Source of the DNA: an uncultured delta proteobacterium | Lineage (GTDB): Bacteria > Myxococcota > Myxococcia > Myxococcales > 40CM-4-68-19 | Assembly: GCA_903911145.1 (NCBI GenBank) | Contig: CAIWCD010000008.1 | Location: 1-42,150, forward strand | Direction: 5' to 3' | DNA: 42,150 nucleotides | Part shown: positions 23,318 to 32,317 of the stretch, piece after piece | Layout: each line of letters begins with the position of its first letter | How positions within the stretch are numbered: the first letter of the stretch is position 1 | Notes under the pieces: model-generated | The model's input: only the letters and a program-made list of their open reading frames with translations | Database searches by the model: none | Told to the model about the DNA's origin: nothing | Translations under genes and position numbers: made by a program

Positions 23318-25162
23318 ATGATCCCGCAGAGCACACAGGTGCAGGGCGTCGGAGAGATCGTCAGCGGGCCCGCGCTGGCGCCGTTTGACGAGCAGAGCGT
23401 CGGCGCGATGATCGCCGAGCGCGCCGAGCGATTCGGCGAACGCGAGGCAGTGCGCTTTCGCGGATCGGATGGGGCGTGGAGTTCACTCACCTTCGCGCAG
23501 CTCAACGAGCGCCGCCGGAACATCGCGGCGGCACTTCTGGCCGAGCAACTCGTGCCCGGCGATCGCGTCTTCGTGCTCTCGCACAACTCGATCGAAATGC
23601 TCTTGTGCGAACTGGCCATTGTCAGTCTCGGTGCGATCAGCACGCCGGTCTTTCCCGACTACTCGCTCGATCTCCTGCGCCACTGCCTTCGTGACTCGGG
23701 CGCGCAACTCGCTCTGGGCGCGGGCGCCGTGCAACAGAGCCGACTCGCGGAGGTCTCCGGCGGGCAACTCAAACGAATCATCTCGCTCGAGTGCGAGGCA
23801 ATCCCAGGCGACGATCGCGGCACCTCTCTGGCGCGTCTCGAGGAGGCGTTCGCCGCGCAAAGCAGCCAGGCGCAGGCGCGCGCACTCGCCGAGGTCGATG
23901 CGCGCACAGCCGCGGTGGGCGCGGACGAGCGCGCATTTCTGCTCTACACGTCAGGCACGACGGGGCGGCCCAAGGGAGTTCCACTCACGCATCGCAACGT
24001 GCTCTCGCAGCAGGCCGCCATCGCGCAGGTCTGGTCGATCACGGCTGACGACACGTTCCTCTCCTATCTCCCGTGGCACCACTGCTTCGGCGCGCTCTTC
24101 GAGCGGATGATGGCGCTCTGGCACGGCGCTGTCCTCGTCCTCGATGATTCGCGCGGCCGCGATCTCGATCGACTGCTCGCGAACTTTCGCGAGGTGCAGC
24201 CGACGCTCTACATGAGCGTCCCGCGCGTCTATCAAGCGCTCATCGGCCGCGCCGCGCAGGATCCACCAGCGAAGGCAACACTGCTGCACCCTCGGCTTCG
24301 CTTCGTCTTCACTGCTGCGGCGCCGCTACCCGAGGGCTGCTATCGCTTCTTCGAAGAGGCGAATATTCCCGTTCACGAAGGTTGGGGCCTGACCGAGACG
24401 AGCCCCGATGCAACACTCACGGGCGCAGGTCCTCGACGCGCTGGCGCGACAGGCTGGCCGTTGCCGGGCACCGACGTGCTGCTCGATGCCGTCGAAGAAG
24501 CAGGCACGGGATTCGGAGAGGTGCTCGTGCGCGGGCCGCAGGTCACGCGCGGCTACCACGACGATCCGGAGGCAACCCGGCGTGTGCTGCGCGCGGATGG
24601 CTTCTTCCGTACGGGAGATCTCGGCACCTGGACTCCGCATGGACTGCGCATCAGCGGCCGCGTCGACGGCGTCTTCAAATTGCAGAACGGCGAGAAGGTC
24701 TCGAGCGCAGAGGCCGAGGCGCGCCTGCTCGCCGCAACGCCGCTCCTCGAGCAGGCCGTCGTGCTCGGCGCGGGCCAGCCGTTCGCCACCGCCCTGCTCT
24801 GGCTCAACCTCGCGGCCGCGCGCGCTTTCGCACAGGAGCTCGGCCTCGGTCCCGATGGCGACAGCGAGGAGGCTCTCACGCTCGTGCAACTCGGCCAGCT
24901 TCCCGAGTTGCGCCGCACGCTCACCGAAGCGCTGCAGGCCGCGAATCTGATGGCGACCATTCCCTACCAACGCGTGCGCACAGCCGCGCTGGTCGCGGAG
25001 CCGCTCACGGTCGCACGCGGAGAGCTGACGCCGACGTTGAAGATTGTTCGACGCGCAGTCATTGATCATCACGCGTCTCTGATCGCGGTGCTGCGCAGCG
25101 ACGAGCCGAACGGTGAACGGCTCGAGCTGCATCGCAAAGGCGATGCATTTCACAACGCCTGA
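23318..25162 (+). CDS. AMP-dependent synthetase / long-chain acyl-CoA ligase
   Basis: YTSGTTGRPKGV, SYLPWHH, EGWGLTET, FRTGDLG, GRVDGVFKLQNGEKV, ELTPTLK. Confidence 0.92.
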   Translation: MIPQSTQVQGVGEIVSGPALAPFDEQSVGAMIAERAERFGEREAVRFRGSDGAWSSLTFAQLNERRRNIAAALLAEQLVPGDRVFVLSHNSIEMLLCELAIVSLGAISTPVFPDYSLDLLRHCLRDSGAQLALGAGAVQQSRLAEVSGGQLKRIISLECEAIPGDDRGTSLARLEEAFAAQSSQAQARALAEVDARTAAVGADERAFLLYTSGTTGRPKGVPLTHRNVLSQQAAIAQVWSITADDTFLSYLPWHHCFGALFERMMALWHGAVLVLDDSRGRDLDRLLANFREVQPTLYMSVPRVYQALIGRAAQDPPAKATLLHPRLRFVFTAAAPLPEGCYRFFEEANIPVHEGWGLTETSPDATLTGAGPRRAGATGWPLPGTDVLLDAVEEAGTGFGEVLVRGPQVTRGYHDDPEATRRVLRADGFFRTGDLGTWTPHGLRISGRVDGVFKLQNGEKVSSAEAEARLLAATPLLEQAVVLGAGQPFATALLWLNLAAARAFAQELGLGPDGDSEEALTLVQLGQLPELRRTLTEALQAANLMATIPYQRVRTAALVAEPLTVARGELTPTLKIVRRAVIDHHASLIAVLRSDEPNGERLELHRKGDAFHNA

Positions 25163-25199
25163 CACGCGCGCACGCCCCATGCGTCGCGAGGAGATTTCG

Positions 25200-25370
25200 A
25201 TGAACATCGCGATCAACTTCTTCGTCATGATGACGCTCTTCTTCGCCGGCATGGCGCAGGCCCACGCGATGAATCCGCGCACCGCGTATGCGATCGCTGG
25301 CACGAGCGCGCTGGTCGCGATGGGACTCGCGATCGTCCGCTACTCGCAGCAGAAGTCGTCTCGCAAATAG
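25200..25370 (+). CDS. Small two-TM membrane protein (56 aa)
   Basis: GAGGAG RBS; two hydrophobic segments and a basic tail. Confidence 0.55.
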   Translation: MNIAINFFVMMTLFFAGMAQAHAMNPRTAYAIAGTSALVAMGLAIVRYSQQKSSRK

Positions 25371-25451
25371 ACGCACGCAAGTCGCCGCGTCGCGCACCGG
25401 ATGCGCGATTGCCCGACGACGAAGCGGCGCATTTGCTACTCTCGCGATCAC

Positions 25452-26033
25452 ATGCAGAACCTGCGCGACAAGCTGCTCAAGGCGGGCCTCGTCACCGAGA
25501 AACAGGTGGAGAAGGCCCTCACCGACAACAAGCGAACCCACAAGGGTCCGCCGAGACCGCATGCGCCGCGCGTGCAATCGCCGGAGGAGGCGCAGCGTGC
25601 AGCCGCGTTTGCCGCGCGGGATGCCGAGGTCGCCGAGCAGCGGCGGCGCGATTCGGCGAAGGCCAACGAAGCGAAGCAGCAGTCGGAGCGGGCCCGCTCA
25701 CTTCGCGCGCTGATCGCCGAGCATCGGCTGCGGGAGACGCTCGGCGAAGTCTCGTTCCACTTCGTGCGGCGCAGCGGAAAAGTCGGACGCCTCGCGCTCA
25801 CACCCGCGATCGCGAAGATGCTCGAGGACGGCGAGGCCGCCGTGGTCGAGCTCCCTGGCGAGACAGACCCCGCGGTGCTGCCGGGTGACGCAGCGAAGCG
25901 AGCATGGACGATCGATCCGCGCGCGATCTTCTTCTGGGCCGGTCCGAAGAAGCCGATCGGCTTCGATGATCTTCCGGCAATCACCGAGTCGGGAGAGCCG
26001 CGGGACGAATCCGAGACGCCGTCGAAGTCGTGA
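25452..26033 (+). CDS. DUF2058/YaiL-like protein
   Basis: MQNLRDKLLKAGLV N-terminus, helical middle, FHF...GKVGRL...LEDGEAAVV. Confidence 0.7.
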   Translation: MQNLRDKLLKAGLVTEKQVEKALTDNKRTHKGPPRPHAPRVQSPEEAQRAAAFAARDAEVAEQRRRDSAKANEAKQQSERARSLRALIAEHRLRETLGEVSFHFVRRSGKVGRLALTPAIAKMLEDGEAAVVELPGETDPAVLPGDAAKRAWTIDPRAIFFWAGPKKPIGFDDLPAITESGEPRDESETPSKS

Positions 26034-26120
26034 TCGTCCGCGCCCACCAAGGCCTTTGCTGATTTCACTCCTCGCGCTTCCTTGACGCGCGACGGCTCTC
26101 CGTGCGTTTTGCCGCCTCCC

Positions 26121-27032
26121 ATGCGCGTCCTCTTTGTCGAGCAAGCCTCCGCTCTGCCTCCTGCACCCGAAGGCCGCGTTGCCGTGGTCGACGTCGCGTT
26201 CGCTGCCGGCGCGGGCTACGAGAGTTCGACGCTCCCGTTCATCGAAGCGCTCGGCGATCGTCTCGCGCTCTGGGTCGATCATCACGAACATCCGATCGGC
26301 TGGTCGCGCTACCGGAACGATCCGCGCTTTCTCCTCGTGCCAAACCGCGAAGCACACGCGTGCCCGGAGCTGGTCACGCCCGAGACCGTGCTGCGCGCGG
26401 GGCCGCTGGATGTCGTCGTCGCGCACGCGGATTTCGACGGGCTGATGTCGGCGGTGAAGTTTCTGCGCAACGGCGTCGCGCCCTGGCCGAGCTGCGATGA
26501 GGATGCGCGCGCGGCCGACAGCCCGGGCCGAGGACACACGATCAGCGCACGCGCGCAGGCGCTTTGCGATGCGCTCGGGGAAGCGCAATCCACGCTGCGC
26601 AGCAAGGCGCGCGAGCAGCTGCGCCAGGAACTCGTGCACGCGCTCGCAAGCACACCCGACGCGCTTCCTTCGGCGCTCGCGCAGCAGCTGGAGACTCTGC
26701 GCGCAGAGTTTCAATCCACGCTCGCGCCAGCGCTCACTCTCGCCGCGCAAGCGAAGATCGAATCGACGGGCGTGCTCGTCCTGCGCGTCGACAAGCCGCT
26801 CGCCAAGCCGCTCAAGAAGGCGGTGCTCTCGGATCTCGAATCGCGCGCGGAGATCGGCGTGGTCGTCGAGGGCAAGGCGATCACGGTCGCGACGTTCCGT
26901 GAAGATCTCGATCTGGCGCGTGTGGCGGCCCTCGGCGGCGGACGCAGCGATTATCGATTCTCCACGGTGGACGATGCGGGACGCGCGATCGTCGCTGCTC
27001 TCGGCGCGCTGGTGCGCGACATCCGCACCTGA
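26121..27032 (+). CDS. DHH-like phosphoesterase with unusual motif order
   Basis: VVDVAF, WVDHHEH, HADFDGLMSA, ARAAD and a C-terminal GGG. Confidence 0.55.
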   Translation: MRVLFVEQASALPPAPEGRVAVVDVAFAAGAGYESSTLPFIEALGDRLALWVDHHEHPIGWSRYRNDPRFLLVPNREAHACPELVTPETVLRAGPLDVVVAHADFDGLMSAVKFLRNGVAPWPSCDEDARAADSPGRGHTISARAQALCDALGEAQSTLRSKAREQLRQELVHALASTPDALPSALAQQLETLRAEFQSTLAPALTLAAQAKIESTGVLVLRVDKPLAKPLKKAVLSDLESRAEIGVVVEGKAITVATFREDLDLARVAALGGGRSDYRFSTVDDAGRAIVAALGALVRDIRT

Positions 27033-27040
27033 GTGACAGA

Positions 27041-27057
27041 GTTACAGTTTTTGTAAC
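27041..27057. promoter_or_regulatory. Palindromic candidate operator upstream of nadA
   Basis: GTTACA-GTTTT-TGTAAC in an AT-rich gap about 70 bp before nadA. Confidence 0.45.
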
Positions 27058-27129
27058 GATGTCGCATTGCAATCGAGCGGGACCGACGCCGCCCCAGTCG
27101 GAGCGCGCTCCCTGTTACACTCCGTCGCT

Positions 27130-28113
27130 ATGTCTGTCCCGCTGATGCCCGCAACCGATGCCCAGAGGCGCCACCCGAACGAGCTGCCGCAAGGCGAGGC
27201 GCTGATTCGCGAGATCGCGCGCCTGCGCAAGGAGCTCGATGCGGTGGTGCTCGCGCACTACTACCAGGACGGCGAGATCCAGGACCTCGCCGACTTCGTT
27301 GGAGACTCGCTGCAGCTCTCCCAGGCCGCGGCGAAGACGAGCGCGAAGGTCATCGTCTTCGCGGGCGTTCACTTCATGGCCGAGACCGCGAAGATCCTGA
27401 ATCCGGACAAACAGGTCCTGATTCCCGATTTGGATGCCGGTTGCTCCCTAGCCGACCGCTGCCCTCCCGAAGCGTTCGCGCGCTGGGTCGCGGCACATCC
27501 GGGCCACAAGGTCATCAGCTACATCAACTGCAGCGCGGGAGTGAAGGCGCTCAGCGATGTCATCTGCACCTCGAGCAACGCAGTGCAGATCTGCAACAGC
27601 TTCCCGAAAGACCAGCCGCTCATTTTCGCGCCCGACCGCCACCTCGGCGCGTGGGTCGAGAAGCAGCTCGGGCGCAAGATGGTGCTATGGCCGGGCTTCT
27701 GCGTCGTGCACGAGCAGTTCACCGCGCGCCAGTTGCTGCGGCTCAAGGCGCAGCATCCGCAGGCGGAGATCATCGCGCATCCCGAGTGCGAGGCGAGCGT
27801 GCTCGATCTCGCCGACTACATCGGCTCGACGCGCGGGCTGCTCGACCACGTCAAGGCGAGCGCGGCGAAGACGTTCATCGTCGCCACCGAGGTGGGAATC
27901 CTCCACCTGATGGCGAAGGCACGGCCCGATGCCGAGCTGATCCCGGCGCCGCCGAGCTCGGGCTGCAACTGCTCGATCTGTCCCTACATGCGGCTCAACT
28001 CGCTCGAGAAGCTCTACCTCTGCATGCGCGATCGCACTCCCGAGATCACACTCGACGAGGAGCTTCGACTGCGCGCGCTCAAGCCGGTGCAGCGGATGCT
28101 CGAGCTGTCGTGA
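27130..28113 (+). CDS. nadA: Quinolinate synthase A
   Basis: [58 protein letters not shown]. Confidence 0.97.
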   Translation: MSVPLMPATDAQRRHPNELPQGEALIREIARLRKELDAVVLAHYYQDGEIQDLADFVGDSLQLSQAAAKTSAKVIVFAGVHFMAETAKILNPDKQVLIPDLDAGCSLADRCPPEAFARWVAAHPGHKVISYINCSAGVKALSDVICTSSNAVQICNSFPKDQPLIFAPDRHLGAWVEKQLGRKMVLWPGFCVVHEQFTARQLLRLKAQHPQAEIIAHPECEASVLDLADYIGSTRGLLDHVKASAAKTFIVATEVGILHLMAKARPDAELIPAPPSSGCNCSICPYMRLNSLEKLYLCMRDRTPEITLDEELRLRALKPVQRMLELS

Positions 28114-28282
28114 TTCGCGCCGCGACCCGCCGCGTGAGCGATCGTGCGCGCCGGCGGTCTTCCCGCAACAACCGATTGAATACGCATCCGCGCTCGGCGG
28201 CAGCAATCTTGGAGCAATCGGATTCACGAGTAGAGTTTCGGCAGGGCACACAACGTCGGCGTTACCGACGAGGAGCACGCGC

Positions 28283-28819
28283 ATGAAAACGACTCTTGCA
28301 GCGGCCGTCATCGTCGCCGCGTTGGCCCTTCCCTCCTCTGCGCACGCCGACAATCCGGGATGGGGAATCCGCGCTGGGCTTGAGGCTCCGCTCGTCACCC
28401 ACCGCAACGATGCTGGGAACAGCTTCAACATCGGGACCAGCTTCCAGCCCGCTGTAAACCTGCTTATCCAGAAGGGCCCGAGTGATCTGATCGCGTTCGG
28501 CGTCGAGGGCCACGTGAACTTCCTCTCGACGAATACGTTCACGCGCACGGGTACGTCGATTGGCCCGGAGGTGATGCTGAACGTTCCCGTCGTGCCGCTC
28601 TACCTGCGCGTCGCGCTGCCGATTCGCATCGAGCCCGCAGCTGCGGAACTCGGACTTCGCGTCGCGGCGGGCGTCAAGATCAACATTCCCTTCGTCGGCA
28701 TCTACATCGAGGGCGTGGCCGATATGCCGTTCGTTGGAAACGACGTGACGGGGAATGCAGAGACCGCATTCTCCAAACAGATTCTCTCTCTCGGCGCCGG
28801 CATCGAGATCCGCATCTAG
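28283..28819 (+). CDS. Secreted protein, probable small outer-membrane beta-barrel
   Basis: GAGGAG RBS; signal peptide ending AHA; alternating amphipathic strands; C-terminal strand LSLGAGIEIRI. Confidence 0.7.
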   Translation: MKTTLAAAVIVAALALPSSAHADNPGWGIRAGLEAPLVTHRNDAGNSFNIGTSFQPAVNLLIQKGPSDLIAFGVEGHVNFLSTNTFTRTGTSIGPEVMLNVPVVPLYLRVALPIRIEPAAAELGLRVAAGVKINIPFVGIYIEGVADMPFVGNDVTGNAETAFSKQILSLGAGIEIRI

Positions 28820-28837
28820 CCCAAGCAGGCACACCGC

Positions 28838-30067
28838 ATGGCCGCACCGCGCACGAATAGCAGTCCACTCGCGATCGTCCTCTCGGGCGGTGGCGGTCGT
28901 GGCGCGTACGAGCTTGGCGTACTCAAGCATGTGCTCTGCGAGCTCGTCCCTCGTCTGGGGCCCGAGGCGATTCCGCGAATCCTCTGCGGAACGTCGGTCG
29001 GCGCGATCAACGCGTGCTGCCTCGGCGCACTCGCGGCCGCACCTGGCATGGGCGTGGAGATCGTCATCGAGCGCTGGGAGCAGCTGCGGCTCGGAGACGT
29101 GTTTCGACTTGGCTGGACCGACATCGCGGGAGTGATGCGCTGGATGATCGGAAAGCAGACGTCGCTCGGCCCGCGCTCGCTGCTCGACGCCGGGCCGCTC
29201 GCGGAGTTGGTGCGCACGCTGGTGCCATGGCGCGCGCTGCACGAGAACGTCTCCAACGGCCTCTTGCGCGGCGTGACCGTCTCCGCAACCGATGTCGAGA
29301 GCGGCCGCACCGTCGTGTTTGTCGAGAGCGATCTGCCGACGCCGCCGCAGACAGACCCGGCGATGGAGTGGCTCTCCTGCCGCCTCACTCCGCGGCACGC
29401 GCTCGCGAGCGCGGCGATCCCGCTCGTCTTCCCGACCGCGCAGATCGCGGGCCGCGCCTACTCCGATGGCGGCCTGAGACAGAACACGCCGCTCGCGCCC
29501 GCGCTGCGCCTCGGCGCCGGACGCGTGATGGTCATCTCGCTGCGCGCGAAGACTCCCGAGCGCGTGCGCCGTCCGCGACAAGATGAGGAAGAGCAGGCCC
29601 AGCTCTCGCGCCCGCTCTTTCTCTTCGGCAAGCTCCTCGATGCGCTGCTGCTCGATCGCGTCGAGAGCGACTTGAACAATCTGCGCCGCGTGAACCAGGC
29701 GCTGCTCTCGCTGCAGAACGCGGGCGCCTCGGCGGCGCTCGGCGAAGAGAACGTCGCATTCGCGCTTGAGCGCGCGGGTGGCGGCCTGCGACCGGTCAGC
29801 GATGTTCTCCTGCGCCCCAGCGAAGATCTCGGTCGGCTCGCCGTCGAGGTGATGCTGCGGCCCGCGGTGCGCGCTCGCCTCACCGGTCCCGGCGGATTCT
29901 TCATGCGCCATCTCGCCGAGAGTTCAGAGAGGCAAAGCGAACCGAGCGATCTGCTCAGCTACCTCTGCTTCGACGGCGAGTACGCGCGGGAGTTGATCGA
30001 GTTGGGCCAGCGCGATGCGCGCGCGCGCGAGGAGGAGCTCGCGCGTTTTCTCCTCGGGCCGGCGTAG
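28838..30067 (+). CDS. Patatin-like phospholipase
   Basis: LSGGGGRGAY, GTSVG, ASAAIP, DGG. Confidence 0.92.
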   Translation: MAAPRTNSSPLAIVLSGGGGRGAYELGVLKHVLCELVPRLGPEAIPRILCGTSVGAINACCLGALAAAPGMGVEIVIERWEQLRLGDVFRLGWTDIAGVMRWMIGKQTSLGPRSLLDAGPLAELVRTLVPWRALHENVSNGLLRGVTVSATDVESGRTVVFVESDLPTPPQTDPAMEWLSCRLTPRHALASAAIPLVFPTAQIAGRAYSDGGLRQNTPLAPALRLGAGRVMVISLRAKTPERVRRPRQDEEEQAQLSRPLFLFGKLLDALLLDRVESDLNNLRRVNQALLSLQNAGASAALGEENVAFALERAGGGLRPVSDVLLRPSEDLGRLAVEVMLRPAVRARLTGPGGFFMRHLAESSERQSEPSDLLSYLCFDGEYARELIELGQRDARAREEELARFLLGPA

Positions 30068-30070
30068 CGA

Positions 30071-30994
30071 TCACGCGGGCTTTGAACGACGTCGCGGCTG
30101 CGTCGCGCGCGCATACTCGCCAACCGTCGCGACGAGGTGATCGAACACCAGCCGAATGCGTCGCACGCGCCGCTGGTCTTCATGCATCACCACCCAGGTC
30201 TCGAGAGGAAACGAGATGGACGGCAGCACGCGCACCAGTCGAGGCTCGCGCGCCGCAATCGCAACCTGACAAGCGCCGATGCCGACGCCGGCGCGAATGG
30301 CGGCCAGTTGCGCGATGTCGCTGTCGGTTCGAAACGTAAAATTGCGCGGCGTCGCCTCGACCGAGAGCGACGACAGCGCATCGAGCATCACTCGCCCGCG
30401 GTCCGCGCCGACGAGTGTATGCTCGAGCAACTGGGATGCACGACGAGGCGCGCCGTGCCGCGCGAGATATTCCGTGCGCGCGAACAGCCCGACCGGGATG
30501 GCGCCGATCCGGCGCGCGACGAGCGCACGCTGCGTCGGCGCGAACATCCGCACCGCGATGTCGGCGTCGCGCCGGAGCAGATCCTGCGCTCGATTCGAGA
30601 TGGAGAGTTCCAGCTGCAGGCCGCGATGGGCGCGCAGCAGCGGCGCGAGCAACTCCGGCAACACCTCGCTCCCCATCACCTCGCTGCAGGTCACGCGAAC
30701 CGTGCCACGCGGTTCGTCCCGCCGAGCCGAGACCGATCGCACGAGGGCCCGCGCGGAGGCCGCCATCGCCTCCGCATCCGGTCGCGTGGCCAGCGCCAAC
30801 TCCGTCGGCGTCAGCCCGTTCGGTGCGCGCGTGAAGAGGACCGCACCGAGATGTTCTTCGAGCACCTCGAGCCTGCGCCGCACAGTGGGTTGCGCGACGG
30901 CCAACGTGCGAGCGGCGGCCGAGAGACTGCCTCCATCAAGCACGGCCAGAAAGGTCTCGTACAGCTCCCAGGATGGTTCTCGGGTGCTCATCAA
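30071..30994 (-). CDS. LysR family transcriptional regulator
   Basis: HTH GSLSAAARTLAVAQPTVRRRLEVLEEHLG; DLLRRDADIAVR; divergent from a DUF4260-like gene. Confidence 0.93.
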   Translation of the reverse strand: MMSTREPSWELYETFLAVLDGGSLSAAARTLAVAQPTVRRRLEVLEEHLGAVLFTRAPNGLTPTELALATRPDAEAMAASARALVRSVSARRDEPRGTVRVTCSEVMGSEVLPELLAPLLRAHRGLQLELSISNRAQDLLRRDADIAVRMFAPTQRALVARRIGAIPVGLFARTEYLARHGAPRRASQLLEHTLVGADRGRVMLDALSSLSVEATPRNFTFRTDSDIAQLAAIRAGVGIGACQVAIAAREPRLVRVLPSISFPLETWVVMHEDQRRVRRIRLVFDHLVATVGEYARATQPRRRSKPA

Positions 30995-31103
30995 ATCATG
31001 ATGAGCGCATCAACGCATTTGCACAATCGTGATGAGCACCAAAGACGTGCACGCTCTCTCTTGTCGCTGTCACCACGGGCAGCGCGCGAACAAGAGGCTC
31101 TGC

Positions 31104-31487
31104 ATGACGACCGACAACGCTGCCGCAATGACGCCGCGCCTCCTGCTCCGCGCCGAGGGCCTCGCACTGCTCATCGCCATGCTGGTGGCCTGGCGGATCA
31201 TCGGCGGAACGTGGAGCACCTTCGCGCTCTGGTTCTTCGTCCCCGACCTCTCGCTGCTCGGATACTTCGCGGGACCAACGCTCGGAGCGCGGCTCTACAA
31301 CAGTGCGCACACGCTGATCGGGCCGACGCTGCTCGCGGCAGCGGCCCTGCTCCATCCAACGCCGCATGCACTCGAGGCCGCGCTCATCTGGAGCGCGCAC
31401 ATCGGCTTCGATCGCGCGGCCGGATACGGGCTGAAACACGCAGGCAGCTTCCGCGAGACACACCTCGGGCGCGTCGGTCGTGTGTGA
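31104..31487 (+). CDS. DUF4260 family membrane protein
   Basis: LLRAEG, PDLSLLGY, GARLYNSAH, HIGFDRAAGYGLK, FRETHLG. Confidence 0.85.
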   Translation: MTTDNAAAMTPRLLLRAEGLALLIAMLVAWRIIGGTWSTFALWFFVPDLSLLGYFAGPTLGARLYNSAHTLIGPTLLAAAALLHPTPHALEAALIWSAHIGFDRAAGYGLKHAGSFRETHLGRVGRV

Positions 31488-31502
31488 ACCGCGCTCAGGC
31501 GA

Positions 31503-32234
31503 TCAGGCGCGCAGACGATCCAACAACGAAACGACGTCGGTCGGCATGGGCGCTTCGACGACGCGACGATCGATCCCGTTCCCATCGGGATCGGGAAACG
31601 CGAGGCGCGCCGCATGCAGCGCAGGTCGAGGCATCGCCGCGCGCACATCGAGTTCATCTGGAACGAACGTGCCATTCGCCGTCACGCGGTAGGTCGCGTC
31701 GCCAAGCACGGGAAATCCGGCTTCGGCGAACTGCACGCGGATCTGGTGCGTGCGTCCGGTGTCGAGTTGCACGCGCACCAGCGCAGCACCGACGAACCGC
31801 TCGACGAGCTTCCACGACAGGCGCGCGCGCCGCGGCGTCTCGATGCGCGTGGTGTGCCTGCGCGCATCGGTCGGATCCGGCCCGTAGGCAGTGTCGAAGC
31901 GCCCCTCGTCCGGCACGTCTCCGCGCACGACCGCGAGATACTCCTTCTCGATCTCTCCCTCGAGAAACCCCTGCGCCAGCGCCTTCTCGCCGCGCTGGTT
32001 GAGCGCGATCGCCAGACACCCGCTCGTCCCCGTGTCGAGCCGGTGCACCACCCGCGGCCACGCGCGCCCTCCCGGCGGCGCAAGCTGGCGCGCGAGCAAC
32101 TTCACCACGCAGTCAGGTCCATCACTCTCAACCGCGAGACCGGCGGGCTTGTCGACGACCGCACACGAACGTCCTCGATGCAGCACGGGGATCACCACGC
32201 TCGGTGTCGAGGGGAACTGCTTCACGTCGGCCAT
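31503..32234 (-). CDS. RluA family pseudouridine synthase
   Basis: DKPAG, VHRLDTGTSG, KEYLA, TGRTHQIRV, PVLGDATY, ALHA. Start uncertain (32225-32243). Confidence 0.92.
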   Translation of the reverse strand: MADVKQFPSTPSVVIPVLHRGRSCAVVDKPAGLAVESDGPDCVVKLLARQLAPPGGRAWPRVVHRLDTGTSGCLAIALNQRGEKALAQGFLEGEIEKEYLAVVRGDVPDEGRFDTAYGPDPTDARRHTTRIETPRRARLSWKLVERFVGAALVRVQLDTGRTHQIRVQFAEAGFPVLGDATYRVTANGTFVPDELDVRAAMPRPALHAARLAFPDPDGNGIDRRVVEAPMPTDVVSLLDRLRA

Positions 32235-32245
32235 GTTCCTCATTT

Positions 32246-32302
32246 GCTTTGAGTGCCAACGATAATCGATGGCACTCAAAGCGTTATCGAAATTACCGAA
32301 TC
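32246..32302. repeat. AT-rich palindromic element between the aminopeptidase and RluA genes, sharing a 31-bp core with 23159-23189
   Basis: GCTTTGAGTGCCA-ACGATAATCGA-TGGCACTCAAAGC (13-bp perfect arms), running into GTTATCGAAATTACCGAATC. Confidence 0.7.
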
Positions 32303-32317
32303 ACACCAGACGTGACG

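Noticed and set aside
32251..32277. GAGTGCCAA-N9-ATGGCACTC as a CIRCE (HrcA) element
   Set aside because: The half-sites are in the opposite order to TTAGCACTC-N9-GAGTGCTAA, and no chaperone gene is adjacent.
32246..32302. Integron attC site
   Set aside because: No convincing complementary RYYYAAC/GTTRRRY ends, no integrase, and the flanking genes are housekeeping.
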